Assembly: GCA_051294905.1 (NCBI GenBank) | Contig: CM119378.1 | Coordinates: forward strand, 1,240,001 to 1,304,000 | Direction of reading: 5' to 3' | Origin: Botryllus schlosseri | Taxonomy: Eukaryota | Length of the DNA stretch: 64,000 nt | Shown: in pieces, positions 1 through 13,200 of the stretch | Layout: every line of letters begins with the position of its first letter | Position numbering within the stretch: position 1 is the first letter of the stretch | Translations under genes and position numbers: made by a program | The notes under the pieces: generated by a model | Told to the model about the DNA's origin: nothing | The model's database searches: none | What the model saw: only the letters and a program-made list of their open reading frames with translations

Positions 1-829
1 GAACACGCTAGAAGAAACCCGGTGTTTGGACGCTAATCCTGTTTCTAGATTAGAGTTGTAACTTTTTATCTTTCTTGAGCACGGTGTTTCGAGAAAGCTG
101 TCCATGTCAGAAGTATCAAAAAGTTTTATCACGCTCGTGATACACAAATCTCGGGGATGGGGCTAATATCAATAACCAACAGTTAGTGCAGCTTTTATTT
201 CGATGTCGGTTCACATCGATTCCAAAGCAAAAAATAGTCGACTGCGAGACCAACACCGTTCGCCGTAAATGGATGTCAAAATCGCGGCGTAAAGTCGGAA
301 TTCCGCCGGCCTCGTGAGAACGTCGTGGATTCGTTCGAAAATGACCGCATAAAATAGTTTTGAATTGAATGAGCGAAATTTTCGACATTTCAATTCTATT
401 GTATTTGATCATATTATACACGCGAATACAAAAATTTCTGAAATGCATCGCAGCTAAGTAATCAACCAAGTGTCATCATAGGGTTAACGAAAACAGCTTA
501 AAAATGATTGTTTGAAAAATAGCGAGCAACTTCAAAAATGCGAAAATCGGCGTCGAGTTCAAATTTTGCCGGTACAACGTCACAATGCATAAACTTTCAT
601 GCTGTTGTTGAACAATGGCTTTGCGTCTAACAGTCGAGAATACTTTTCTCAGAAGAAACGCACAGCTACGTTGCGTTCCGCCCGGTAGTTTATTGAATAT
701 CGCGCGGCATGTATGCATGGAAATGTAGCTTCATACGCACGTAATTTTCTGACGGTGACAATTTTAAACAATAAAATCATGATTGTTCCCTACCACCCTG
801 TCACGCGAATAAACATTTCATTTCAATAA

Positions 830-925
830 GCTACAATTAAATAATGTATTGATACTCAATTCGGCTGACACTCGTCAGGGGTAATCGTCAGCAACATTGT
901 ATATCAAGAAAACCACGGTGCATTC
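830..925 (-). mobile_element. PLE pLTR fragment
   Basis: Reverse complement reads GCTGACGATTACCCCTGACGAGTGTCAGCCGAA, followed by an internal deletion. Confidence 0.65.
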
Positions 926-2937
926 GGTAAATTCGATGAATCTGCAATTTCGAAGACCCGTTATTAGCGAAATGCGTCCTCAACCCGAGAACCATTTGCA
1001 ACATATTTCGATATTTAGGCAGATTTGTATCGAAAATTACGAATTTATTCAGTGACAAGTTACTCCGGGTACCCCGGCGCCATATTTGCGGTCCGCGGAA
1101 AACGGAATCGTACATACCTCGATCAACACCATCGCCGTCAAAACGGATGTCATAAATTGAGCACCCATGCCGCAAACTAGGACGCAGCTTCTCGATATAT
1201 CCAACAAATTGTCGCAAGTTCTTGCTTTCTTGCGTGCGCAGAAGGTATTCCGATCCCGACAGTTAGTGCATTACTGTAACTGCTTCCTACTAAGCTCAAC
1301 CAAGCGTCTAGCAATCTATCGTGATGGAATTATGCGATATAGGAAACGCGAGTCAAGTCCGCGCACGCGGAACAAAAATAAAACATTAAAAAATAAAAAT
1401 AAATTCATTTTATCAAAGACATATCTACCCAAATCTATGTCGCACATATGCAGCGTGAAATTCGGCACAATTTCAAACCGTACTCTACAGCTCGCGGGGC
1501 AGTACTGCCGACGCGTGTCGCAATTTTTATTACGCTCATATAACTCACGAAGAATTAACGTCGTATTTAACGACCTGAACCGCGCAATCTCCTCATCAGG
1601 CGAACCTGCTGTGACGAATGAAACTCGGCACCAGATAAATTCCTTCGAGACAGGTTGTTACAGTCTCGTATTTAGAATCGGTCGTTGTTAGCGCCATCTA
1701 CCGGAACGGGGTGAAGTACGAAATCTCAACCGTTCGTAGCGACGCCAGTCGGTCATTTACATCTATCGATTTAAAAACACCACTAGATTGCGATATAATG
1801 ATAGGAAGGTGTTGAAACGAGTTGGAGTAGTCTTTTAACCAACCACACACCCTGCCTAAAGCAGACTTGGGAAAATAGTTAATTCTTGTTGTCAACGTAG
1901 ACTAATTGAGCTAAATGCCGGTAGTCTAATTCTAATTTAACTTGTGAAGTGATTCTACGATGTCCTTTGAACTATAATCTAATTTGTCGTTTTCTTGAAT
2001 ATGCTAGAGTAAAGCTGTATCGTTCCAAACGAGCCAAGTTTGCTGAACAGACATTTTCCATTCTCATCCTTATAAGAATCAATCAATCAATCTAATTTGA
2101 AAAATACCTGTTTGGCTATAATTCCCATTCTTAACCAATTTGGAAAAAACTGAGTAGATATATTTCTAATTCTAGTCGATAAAAAAACTCTATAGCTATA
2201 ATTCTAATTCTAATCTTATTAAGGCAGAAAATTTTCTAGTGGACCTAGTCCGCGTTTTTAAGGCGACCCATTTTACGAAAAATATTCCAGATCAGATGGG
2301 TAAAATCTTGCGACCCCCAAAATGGTCGTAGTATATTTCCTGATCAAATCGTTACGAAGTTTCGACGCAAAATGAGTTTGAGGACTGAGTAACGTACTTG
2401 AATACGGGCCACGGTGTATGTTTTTTCAAGTCCTGTTATCTCGTCACGTTTTCAATTATATTATTGTTAAGTTTCCCCTTCGATATACAATGTGCCTGTA
2501 AACTAGTAATTAAAAATAATCGCGACCATGCATTGGGAGCCGCTGGCCTGTAGCATGTAAATAATAGGCATGCGCACTGAATGAAAACTAATGTAAGATA
2601 ACATAAAAGGACAATCAATGAAAATAGTAGCCCTGTTTTCTATAGGCCTTACTAATTGAAACAACTTGTATTTTCCCTAAATGTGGACATGATCGACCAC
2701 TGTCCGATGACGTGAAATCGAAATCACGACTGTCACTATTTCTCGCCTAAAACAAGGTCATGAAATACCAAATCGTAGCCTAAGTATCTATTGAAAGATG
2801 CTGAAGGATTTAGTTTGGGGCAACATTTCATATTTCATGTCACAGTTAGGAATATTTTTTATTGCTCAACTACCGGTATTTTAGCAAAGGGTAATGACAG
2901 CTACAAAAGTTTAAATTTGGTTAGGTCCGTTATAACT

Positions 2938-3322
2938 TGTCCTCTTTTTTGACGTTTTTGAAAGTGTCCTCGGAGGACGCCCAAATGTCCTCTTTTTTGA
3001 GATTTTGTCCTCTTTTTTGATAATTTTGGTCAAATTTACGGCCAAATTCGACTGAGATGCCGTAAATCAGCACCGAAGTAACGCTCCAGCGGGTATTTCG
3101 GGCGCTGAGCCGTAAGTTGACCTTTTTTTTAGTCAACCACCTGATAATGTGAAGGAAAAACTGTATTTTGGGCACTGAGCGAGAAAGTTGACTCTCTTTT
3201 TAGTCAACCGACTACGAAGTGAGAAAAATTTACCATTTTTTCAGGATTTTCCTCCGCATTTGCAAGTCTGAAAATTCTGAAAAAGTGTCCTCTTTTCAGA
3301 TTTCCAAAATATGGTAACCCTA
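2938..3322. mobile_element. hAT MITE (TAGGGTTACCA end, AGGACA motifs; Blackjack-like)
   Basis: Right TIR TGGTAACCCTA, flanked by TTATAACT on both sides; the left TIR is absent. Confidence 0.75.
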
Positions 3323-4624
3323 TTATAACTCTCATGAAATAATTCACAGTCATACAAATGTAATACGGTATATAGATATTTACAAAATCCGGTAAACCAG
3401 CATTAGCAAAAGCAACAAGCGAAATGCATGTATTGTTCTGTTAGTCACAGCTAGTGATATAATTTTCATTTTCTTGCTAGTTCTTTATATCTTGGTTCTA
3501 ACGTGGTGATAACGAGCCGAAGGCAGTGGTGAAGGTTTACACCGGTCTAGGTCGTGCAGATGCGAAATCTATTCTGTATAAAGTTCATGTTTGAAAACGC
3601 TGGCTCGAAGCAGTGAAGTTGAGTAAATAATGAGGCCGATAAGGTCCGGATTCAACACTGAAAAGTTCCACCAGTTGACTAGACCTGAGGTAGTATAGCG
3701 AAAGTGACGGCGATCGGTCCGCGAAATAAAGTCGTGCGTTAGCCTACCATGCAACAGATATCCCAGCAATTCACACGACCGTTGTGCAGGCACGTGTTGA
3801 CAACGGGTAAAGATGCATATCGCCACGTCACTAAGGTAAATATCCGCGCGCGGTTTATTATTTCTCACAGGAAAACCCTATTCTATAAAAAACAGCGAGG
3901 TTGTGCTCTGAGAACCCGCATGTTTGTTCGACCAAAATATAGCTCTGAATTTCAGCTGCAATTCGTCATCAAGGACCAGTGCGAGAATACATTTCGTTCT
4001 CAAATTTGATAATGATATTGTCTGATATTTGCATTCTTACATCGCTGGCAAACACATTGGTCTTTGTTTGAATGTGAAAGTTTTTGAGGCGATACCGATA
4101 TAACCGATAAGTAGCACCATCGTCGATAACCCCGATATATTCAGCCGGTGTTCCGAAGATATGCTATCTCGCTAAATGCGCATTACGGAAACTTCAACGC
4201 ATTTATTTGAACAGCTTTACAGCCACGAGCCTGTGGTTTTTGGTGATCGGCAATTCGGCATTATCGATCAGTACATCGAAGTCCCTACATCTTCCTTTCT
4301 CTCTCTCTCCCTCTCTCAAGCACGAGAACTGAGCAGCAAATGAAAACTTCTCCGTGCAGTTCAAATACAGCTGAAATGCAAACTTTTGTCGCTAACGGAA
4401 ATGGTCTTTCATCCAAATTGCTTGTATCAAGCGAACCAAGCTGAAAATTTGATCGTTTCATAGGATTTCCACAGTGTCTAATATCGAAACACCACTGCAT
4501 AGCGAGAAACGACCAATAAGATAATTTTTGTTCTTGTTTCAGATGGTCGAGTAGTCTAACTCGAAATACCAACATTGTCGACAGGAAGAAAACCCGTGTT
4601 TTTGAGGTCCTCTATCTAACAAAA

Positions 4625-4770
4625 ATGAGTCGTATTTGGTGGTACGATTGTTGATATAAAACTTTCTTTCCAATACTCTACTAGTGGCTGACGACTACCC
4701 CTTACGAGTTTCAGCCGAAAATATTCGGGTTTATTTTAATACGAATATACTATTCAATTGTATACAGAAA
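4625..4770 (+). mobile_element. PLE pLTR fragment
   Basis: Aligns by eye with 60085-60175 and with the reverse complement of 59710-59820. Confidence 0.7.
4686..4731 (+). ncRNA. Minimal type I hammerhead ribozyme motif (one core substitution in this copy)
   Basis: ACCC-CTTACGA-GTTTCAGCC-GAAA-ATAT-TC-GGGT. Sibling copies carry the canonical CTGACGA. Confidence 0.6.
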
Positions 4771-6441
4771 TGAGTTGGTTTAGAATATATTGGGAGTACC
4801 ATTACAAATCGGAATCTATACGCGATATGACTTACTAAATTAGAAGTCACTCCTAGGACAGACAGGCTCCGAGACACCATGACAGCCATCCCACCAAAGC
4901 TACTTGACTATAATCGTTCGGACTATTAATAACATCGATCTGCGTGCTATGTCTCTGTACTGTTGTCACGAACAGAAGTTTTAATTACACATTACGGACG
5001 TATATTCCACAACAGCAAAATAAACAAGCAGTGATCGAGCATGTCATGAAAATCATCTCGGCGACAATAAATTGTTACGATCACTAAATATTTACGTAAT
5101 GACGTCTCTGCAATGAACTTGGCCACGCCTAACTTTTGATTGCGGGGTTCGACGATGTTACGAGACATGCAACTCTCACTTTTTACTTATGGGTTTGGAC
5201 CTTTTGCCCCACAAAACTAACCCCTAACCTGCAGTTCTATTACTGATGTGATGGCCTTATGTGATCTGGACGCGCGCCTAAACTCCGAAAATTGCCTATA
5301 GCCAGAAACTTTTAAACCAGTTTTCTCAGCCGTTTTTGGCGCGCGGTGAAGATGCAAAATCAAACTGAAGCCAAACTGTAAAAACATCAATTCGATGAGA
5401 AATTCGCTACTCTTTACGTGGTTCTAAAAAAGATTATGCAAGGCGAAGTCTCGCTAAAAACCAATAGCTTTATTTTTAATTTTCCGGCTGCTATTGAAAA
5501 GGAAACTGCGACTTTGCTGTTTGCTAGCCTCTACCATACTACAAATATCGCTCTCGAGCTGTCGAAATTTAGCGAATTTTGTTTAAAACGTCGCGTCGGC
5601 TTTCACATATAACTGTACTTATATATACGCTACTTTCAAACACTTCGGTAAAATACTCGTATCATTGCGACGTACTGTAGTAAATCAATTAAAAATTTGA
5701 TGTTTCATTATTGTAATTAATGGACAAGCGTTCAAATCCTTGGACTTTGCCATTGCGTTTTAAATCACAAACAAGGAATTCACGAGATACATTCTTCCCA
5801 AATCCCAGGCGAGAAACGTCACTCTAAGTCAAACTACGTCACGATAGTCACAATAGTTGTAGTGCACTAAGCACGACAGCCAGCTATGCGAACCCCATTG
5901 CACAACCGATGTTATTACCGGGTATAACATATATCGATTTCGAACGGAATTAATTTCTGTGCAATAACTATTGGGTTCGCTGGAGATTATAGTAATGAGG
6001 TTTTATCAGACTGTCGCTGCATGAGAATTAGCAAGAACAAATAGACTACGAAATGAAATCAAACATGCTGCATCACCGCGTATGTTTTAATGACAGTCTC
6101 TTCCCTTGTTACGCGACTCGATGTCGATCATATCAAATCGATACCTGATTAGTGATTACTTCTACCCACACACTAACGAAGTGTACCGTATATGCCGTTG
6201 CGATGATCATATAATCCATTATTGCAATGCGTGCTGAAAACCGGTGATGGACAATTTATGTAACAACCCCAAATCTGAATGTCACATTTCTTCGTATACC
6301 TGATGACTTCACGATGCCAACTTGCGACGGCTGAACGAGGGTGAATCACCGAATTAGAACGCCATATGTCATTGACTTGTCATTATCACGAGCTATTGGA
6401 AATTCACAGGACATTCATGCAGACATGCAATTCTCCTAGTT

Positions 6442-7945
6442 CAGGGGTTCTCAACTTCCCTTGTACAACGGGCCGCATTTTTACAAATAAAGATGCTGCG
6501 GGCCGCAGAATATTATGATCATGTATTTGTGGGCTACTATTAAATTTAGGCTACTATAGCCTATTTACCAGTCGTATAATGGCATTTAGTACATTTTCAT
6601 GCATTCTAAAGCATCAATGGACAGCATTCGTAAGTCTACATTAGCTGTTTTTTTTTTGGTGAGAATATGTATCTTCCAGCGGCGCAAGTAAATCCCCATA
6701 TGGAGCCTGCATTGCATTCGTTTCTAAATAGGTATATGCACCCCAAACCCTTCCAACAGAGAACTGAACTCCATGTTTCAATGCGTGAGTGAGCATTGAG
6801 CAAGTATGAAATAACGGTCACTCCTTCGTTACAGAGGCCATTATCATGAATTCCAGCTCTCAGTGATATGAGAAGTCTGTTGTTCGGGGTCATTTCTGAG
6901 CAAACCATTCAACCCTTCTCCATTCCTTCCATGGCTGATGGAGCCCTGCACCAATAATGATGATGATGAGTCAGCTTTGTAAATTTGTTGTTTTTCGGAT
7001 TTCCTCTGCAAATATGTCTACTCTGATAAAATGCACCCATATAATTAGCTATGCCATGTCTGTGGAGTCGGTGGATTCGTCCAATGCTAGGCTAAAGTAG
7101 TCTACGCGGCAACATGGTTCAGAAAATGCGATAAAAGATCGACTGGCATTGCTGTTACTCTGCTTGTCACGGTTGAATCAGACAAATGTAGCTGCGAAAT
7201 TTGTCAGGTCATGTTGGCCTCGCTACTAAGTTCTGGAAACACCGAATATTCGCACAGTATGTTGAAGTCTTATTGAAATCACACCCTCTCTGCCAGATTT
7301 CTTGGGTTTAGCGATATTCTAAGCAATTTTGAAAGATGTGGCTGTAACGTCGCTGCCAATTTTAACAATGCCCGACATATGGATTGCCGGGCTTGCCACC
7401 AAGCTAGCTTCGTTTTTTCTAAGATCAGGCGATATGTGAAACTCCAGAAGGAACATGCGTAGGCTAGTATCATTTCAAGCTTCGACGCTTCGGTACGACA
7501 ACTGTTCCTTGACAAATATGACACATCGATTTTCCATTTATATCTGGGAAAACAAATTCATTGCTCGACGCAGAGTTACAAACTCAGCTTTCGACGTTCT
7601 CGTTTCTAGTACTTGTTTCTGCTCAAACCATTCACGGTGTGTGAAACACTTTTTAAAAGTGTTCTACGCAGCGGGATTCTCTTGAAGCAGAGTGCAGCCG
7701 AATACCGATTCAAAAGAATAACAATCTAAACTTCAGCATAGGCCTATATCAAGAAACCAGAACACATCAAAGAATGAGTAGTCAAACGAAACAGACAGTG
7801 CGATAAGAAAGCTAAGTAGCTAAATTAATATGTATCAATTCTGTGCCAGTATAGTAATTGCTTCCGTAATGAAAGATGTCGCGGGCCGCAAAATAAACGT
7901 CGGCGGGCCGCATGCGGCCCGCGGGCCGCGGGTTGAGAACCCCTG
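6442..7945 (-). mobile_element. Non-autonomous hAT (Charlie/Buster type) with decayed transposase N-terminus
   Basis: TIR CAGGGGTTCTCAAC, perfect TSD TCCTAGTT and GGGCCGC subterminal motifs. Relic FVFPDINGKSMCHIC...VVVPKRRSLK on the minus strand near 7480-7560. Confidence 0.9.
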
Positions 7946-9539
7946 TCCTAGTTCATAATAACCCCCAGAAGGTGGCGCCTCTCATTATGCACTTTAAATA
8001 CGGGTTGCGCACGCCGCAGCAGTCTACAGAGCTCTGATTTCTTATATAGGCTTACGCTACTTACGTGGCATTACATAGTGTGACTCTATTCAGTTCAGCC
8101 TATGCCGCTATATACATTACTAGGTATCAGGTATATATTATAGACGAGTAGCAGACTGAAAAACCTTGCCTGTATAATAATGGCCCATTCGTCATTAATT
8201 GAGATGTGAATGCCTATCGCACACAGCTACCATATGCTGTACTACCCAGTCCTTTTTAAATAAACATAATAAGGATAGCTGCCTTGTGGGCCCTACAAAT
8301 GTCTTCTTTGCCAACTCGAAGCGAAAAATAACTAGTACACGTAACGAATAACGGAGTAGGCCTAACTGTTACTAAAATATCGCTCCTGCGTCTCAATAAA
8401 AAGCCTGACCAGACTGGAGAGTCGCTTATAGTGGTATATTGTACGTTCCAATGTTGCAACATTGCTGGGTCGCAGGTTCAAGAGCACCCCAGAATCCCTT
8501 ACTAACTGTTGAAGCTTTCTCTAGGTTCCTCATTATCAACTAATTCGCGTCAGCAGCATCTTTCAAATATACTAGGACTGAAGTGGGACGTGCTGTAAGT
8601 CTGCAGCTAAGGAATCATAACAAGATTATCGGAATGGTTTAAAATTACCATATTTATGTCGAATCACCATCAATGCTAAACAAAAATACTCCTCTATTGG
8701 CAAACCTGCGAAATATATATGTCATAACATCGCTTGCGCTCCGTACTACATAATCTGGCACCACATTTCGTCGAGTCATAGTTAGTAATCTGACTTGGTC
8801 CTATAAGGGCAAGGACCTTGTAGGACTAACGGTGAAAGGCGAAGCAGTAAACAAAGTGCCGAAAGGATTTCTTAATTCACTGGCATAAGTATCAACAGAT
8901 TAAATCGAAGACTGAACTCGGCTGTCCGTTTCCAATTGAGAAGCCCTCGAGAGCATTTCAAAACATCTGTGCCCACAAAACGACCGTCGCCACTGCCTAT
9001 CTCGCATATTCATTTTCACGCCGCACGAGTCGTTCATCATTATCTCACTTATGAACGTCACAATCAGCTTTTCATAAATGAATAGAATAAACACGCTGCG
9101 ATCCGACGTCATCGGAAGCACGTATCCCGTATAACTGGATGGGGCTAAGATCCGCTTAGTAGATTTTTAATATGACATCACAGTAGCCGAGCACGTGGGG
9201 CGTGAAACTTCTAGGACAGTTGGACGCATTCGAGGAGCATCTGGTTCCGGCTCCGACTCATGATCTGATGTTGAGACTATACGGTATTGTTTTGTATCAT
9301 ATTTTACTGTTCTCAACTGTTATTTTTCTTTGATGATGACCCTGGATGAAGCCATACTGCCACCCAACTGCTGTCATTTATTACCTTGTGCACCATGGCT
9401 ATTGATTTCTTGTATAGTTATTTGTTGTTTCGCTATACTGGAGTTATCTCCAGAAACTCCATCGTGGCAACAGCTGATCCGATGACCACATCTGTCCAAT
9501 GTGGCCGTCACCATAACTCCGTGAATGTCGTCTCATAAA

Positions 9540-9830
9540 TATTGTACATCCAATAAATACAGTCCATCCTCAAGATTACCGGACCACGACTGACCTATCG
9601 ATCTCGCTTCCCATGACATGCCGCCCTATTTCTTGTCGCATTCTTTTTCTATACTATCTCCTTTACTTTCATTCAGTGTGCATGCCTCCTCTTTACATCG
9701 CCTAGGCCAAGGTGGGTGTCAGATTCCATAGACTACTCCTTGTCGCTTCGACATCTTCCTGTCTTTTCATTGTATCGCATTTTTGTGGTGTATTGAACTG
9801 ATAAAATTGCTAATAAACCAATGATGATTG
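9540..9830 (+). mobile_element. LINE family B 3' UTR
   Basis: CCTCAAGATTACCGGACCACGAC...GGTGGGTGTCAGATT...GACATCTTCC...AATAAA. Shorter relics lie at ~1720-1870 (-) and ~2520-2610 (-). Confidence 0.8.
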
Positions 9831-10281
9831 TATACATTTTCAAACTGAAGTTTTGACACTATGAGTCTTTTCAAATACTCTTGCCAACTTTCTCCGGGCG
9901 AATAAAAACAACTTTCTGCCTGACTAGCTTGCCGAGACCTCGAAGAAACAGTTAAATACAGAGATACGTGTCGACGATGGTTTTATTACAAGTGGCAGAC
10001 CAAAGCACCGGTGGATACGGTTCTCGACAGACACCAACATACAAACACTTAATAATCCGGAGATGAAAGTGTAGCAGTTGTAGTATTGGTGGGGCGGCGC
10101 AGATCGCTCGCGATTGATCTCCGACCATGATGCGACTTTCTTCGAGCTACGCTGTTCCCCTACGTATCAAGTCAAACTAGAAATGTACGCGGGTGTAAGC
10201 TTGCCGACGAGCTATTTTCTCATTTGTCGGACTAGACTTCAAGACACGTCACAACAATCAACAGACAAGGACAGAGGCTTG

Positions 10282-13200
10282 CTATTTCTTGCGGAAGATG
10301 ACGACCTCAGTCGAGTCGTAAGCCGAGACAGCGACCATTTCATCGCCGTGGAAGCCGACCCCGCATATCAGCCGATCCTTAACACTCGTGTACCAGATCT
10401 GAGAAACCTGTAAACAGAGTAGTACAAGTATAAAACAGACTGAATTCACGAAAACTTGAAAAGTGAACCAAACATGAATTAGAGAGAAAGACAAGAAAAT
10501 CGTCATTATATATCAAATCAGATTTCATTCGTGTCATGTCATCGTGCATCGTGAAAATTGCAAATATCCGCACCGCACACCAAGCTAGCTCGTTTCTTAC
10601 TATACAGTACTCCTGCAGCATTTTAAAGAAAACCAGAAACCAGATTAGAATTAAAATGAGGCCATATTTCTTATAATATATTAGAATTAGATGACCGGCA
10701 CTTCGCTCTGCCTGTAAACAAAAATAATGCATCCTTTCGCCCTGTGCGGGTCAAAAAGACTTCTCAGCAGTGTTGATTCGAGATATGTCCCGACCTGGAT
10801 TTTATTTTTATTCTCAATTTTCCAGATTCTAATGAAGGTGTCTTCGCTTCCAGTAACCAACTGAAAAAGAAAAGACCGCATAAGACCAAACAAAGGACAT
10901 ATGATAAATTCAAGCCTTGTATGCCAACCAGCGAATGATCCTCTTTGATCACGCAATCCATGCATGTAATCGCAGCCGCGTGAGCCGCGATGTCCACTTT
11001 CATTTGCCGCGATTTGATGTCGAATAAACAAACCCGTCCCGTGTAATAGCTCGCCCCGAGCAGTCCGTCATTCAGAAAACAGATTGCTGTGCAAGGGTAC
11101 CTGTCGGACATATACTTGAATCTTAAACATATGGTCAATACAGCAACAGGAAGAAGCCTCCATCTTACGCATGTCTTCGAGTGACTTACTTTGCGCTGGA
11201 AAACAGTAAATAAAAACACGAATCAACCCTTTCAGCCCTATTTTTTTATTGCTCTTCTGACAGACATACAATTTATTGCTTCGTCAAAATAAATTGGGCT
11301 GAGGATCACAAATTGACCTTATCAAGGTCTAATTACTAGTCTTCCCTATAGCGATGGAGTAACATATTGTGTACATTGGATCAGTGGTGACTCTGGAAAC
11401 TATATGGAATTACCGAAAAAATAACATCTGCTGTGGCAGTATATTAACAGTACAATATGAAGTTTGAAGCAGTAACCAGTGAGATTACCACAAGATCCGA
11501 ATCGTCTAATTTGCGAAACAGAATAACTGAGGTACGAGGCTTGGAGTCGTAGAAAATGTAATACCTCAGATGTGGGATCCGTCCGATCAGCTCCAAGTTT
11601 TCGCCCATTTTCCAGAGGCAAATAGTGCCTTCGTCGTCCGAGGATGCGACATTTACCTGAAGATAAAACATCACATACTCTCACAATGTTCACTTTCTGA
11701 GTACTGATACTTCAAACCAGTGGTTCTCGACCGTTTTGTCCTCGAAGACCCCTTTTCGACCGTTACAGACCCCCGCGGACCCACACAAGTTTCCGTTCAA
11801 AATTAGCTCAATTATCATGCAACAGTCATCTGTCTTGTGCGAATATTAAATGTAGGCTAGTGATAAACAGCCACAAAATGACTTTCCTTGAAATAACAAC
11901 ATGTGGAAATTGGGCAGACTTTTATTATTCCGAAGCGAATCTTGCAGCTGTATTTATTGTCTTGAAAATCCGCGTATTCGTCTTGATATAAACGAGTGCC
12001 AAAAATCCATTTCCACAAAGATATGTGGTGGCGAATGTAATATTAACGCGTAACCCTTCCGACGATAGTTTTTTGTTGTGAGTTTTCAATAAACGTAGGT
12101 CTATCACGTCCAGCCCAGTCATTTCTATCGAACATTTCATCTTGAAGTCATTCAGTGGTTATATCACAGGATAAAATGGATTTCGGGGCGTGGTTTCAAT
12201 TCCTTCATTGGAACAGATTACGAAAAACATTCAAGAATTTTTATTTCAAACCACAATTTGATGAAACTGACTCTGAAACTCCAAATCCCAAATGTTTTGC
12301 AAACATTTCGAAGTCACCCTGCTTGAACTTGCTAACTATAACATTTCATTTTTCCACAAACCCCACTAAAACATCTCTAAACAGCAATATGTTTGCATTG
12401 GCCGGCTATTGGAAATTTGACAATTAAAATAAGTCGGATATTTCATCTCAGACGACCATTTTAATGATGTGAGCCCTAAAGTTTTAGCAATAATGAAGCA
12501 AAACTGCCTCATGCTTTCCCTAATTTAAAGAAGTGAAAATTAGGTTTACAATCATTTTACAAATTTATTGGTTTCGCGGACCCCCTGAAAATGCTTCGGA
12601 CCCCCGGTTGAGAACCACTGCTTTAAACGATAAGTCGATAACAAAATCACTCACAAACTTCATCATTATATGACACTGACTTGTGACTAATCCTAGAATT
12701 GAAAAATGAATAGAATGAAAGACACAGGTTCCCCTACATAATCTTGCAACAGCATGAAGTATTGTTTTTTTTCCACATCTCAAAGTATAGTAGCTTCCAG
12801 ACGTACTTCTATTTTCGAAGCACCTAAGTAGATTTCGCCTACATGCAGTACTTCCTCAAATGGTCATGATATGGACTACTACATGACAGTTTTGAGTTGC
12901 AATGCTTACTTTTTACTTACTTGGACACAGGGTTGTAATGACTCGAGTCATGACTCGACTCGAGTCAATCTGTGTATTGAATCGACTTGGACTCAAGTCA
13001 TTGCGCATGACTCGAACCAAGTCGTATGACTCGAGACTCAGACGGCCAAGACCGACATTTCATTGTAATTTCGAAGAATAGTAAAGTAACCACGCTATTG
13101 GGACTTCATCTGATAGTACTGGTACTTGACAATGCGACCAGAAACTGCTAACAGTGAGGAAAATCAGTAGGCTATATTATAAATGTGAACCATTCGATAT

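Noticed and set aside
116..1691. ORFs of 109-174 aa near the left edge
   Set aside because: No domain similarity I can recognise and no consistent splice structure.
3687..3696. let-7-like TGAGGTAGTA
   Set aside because: The match stops after 10 nt and I see no precursor hairpin; no host 3' UTR is identified for a target site.
830..4770. One large TIR transposon bounded by the inverted repeats at 830-925 and 4625-4770
   Set aside because: Both are PLE pLTR fragments found independently elsewhere; no shared TSD.
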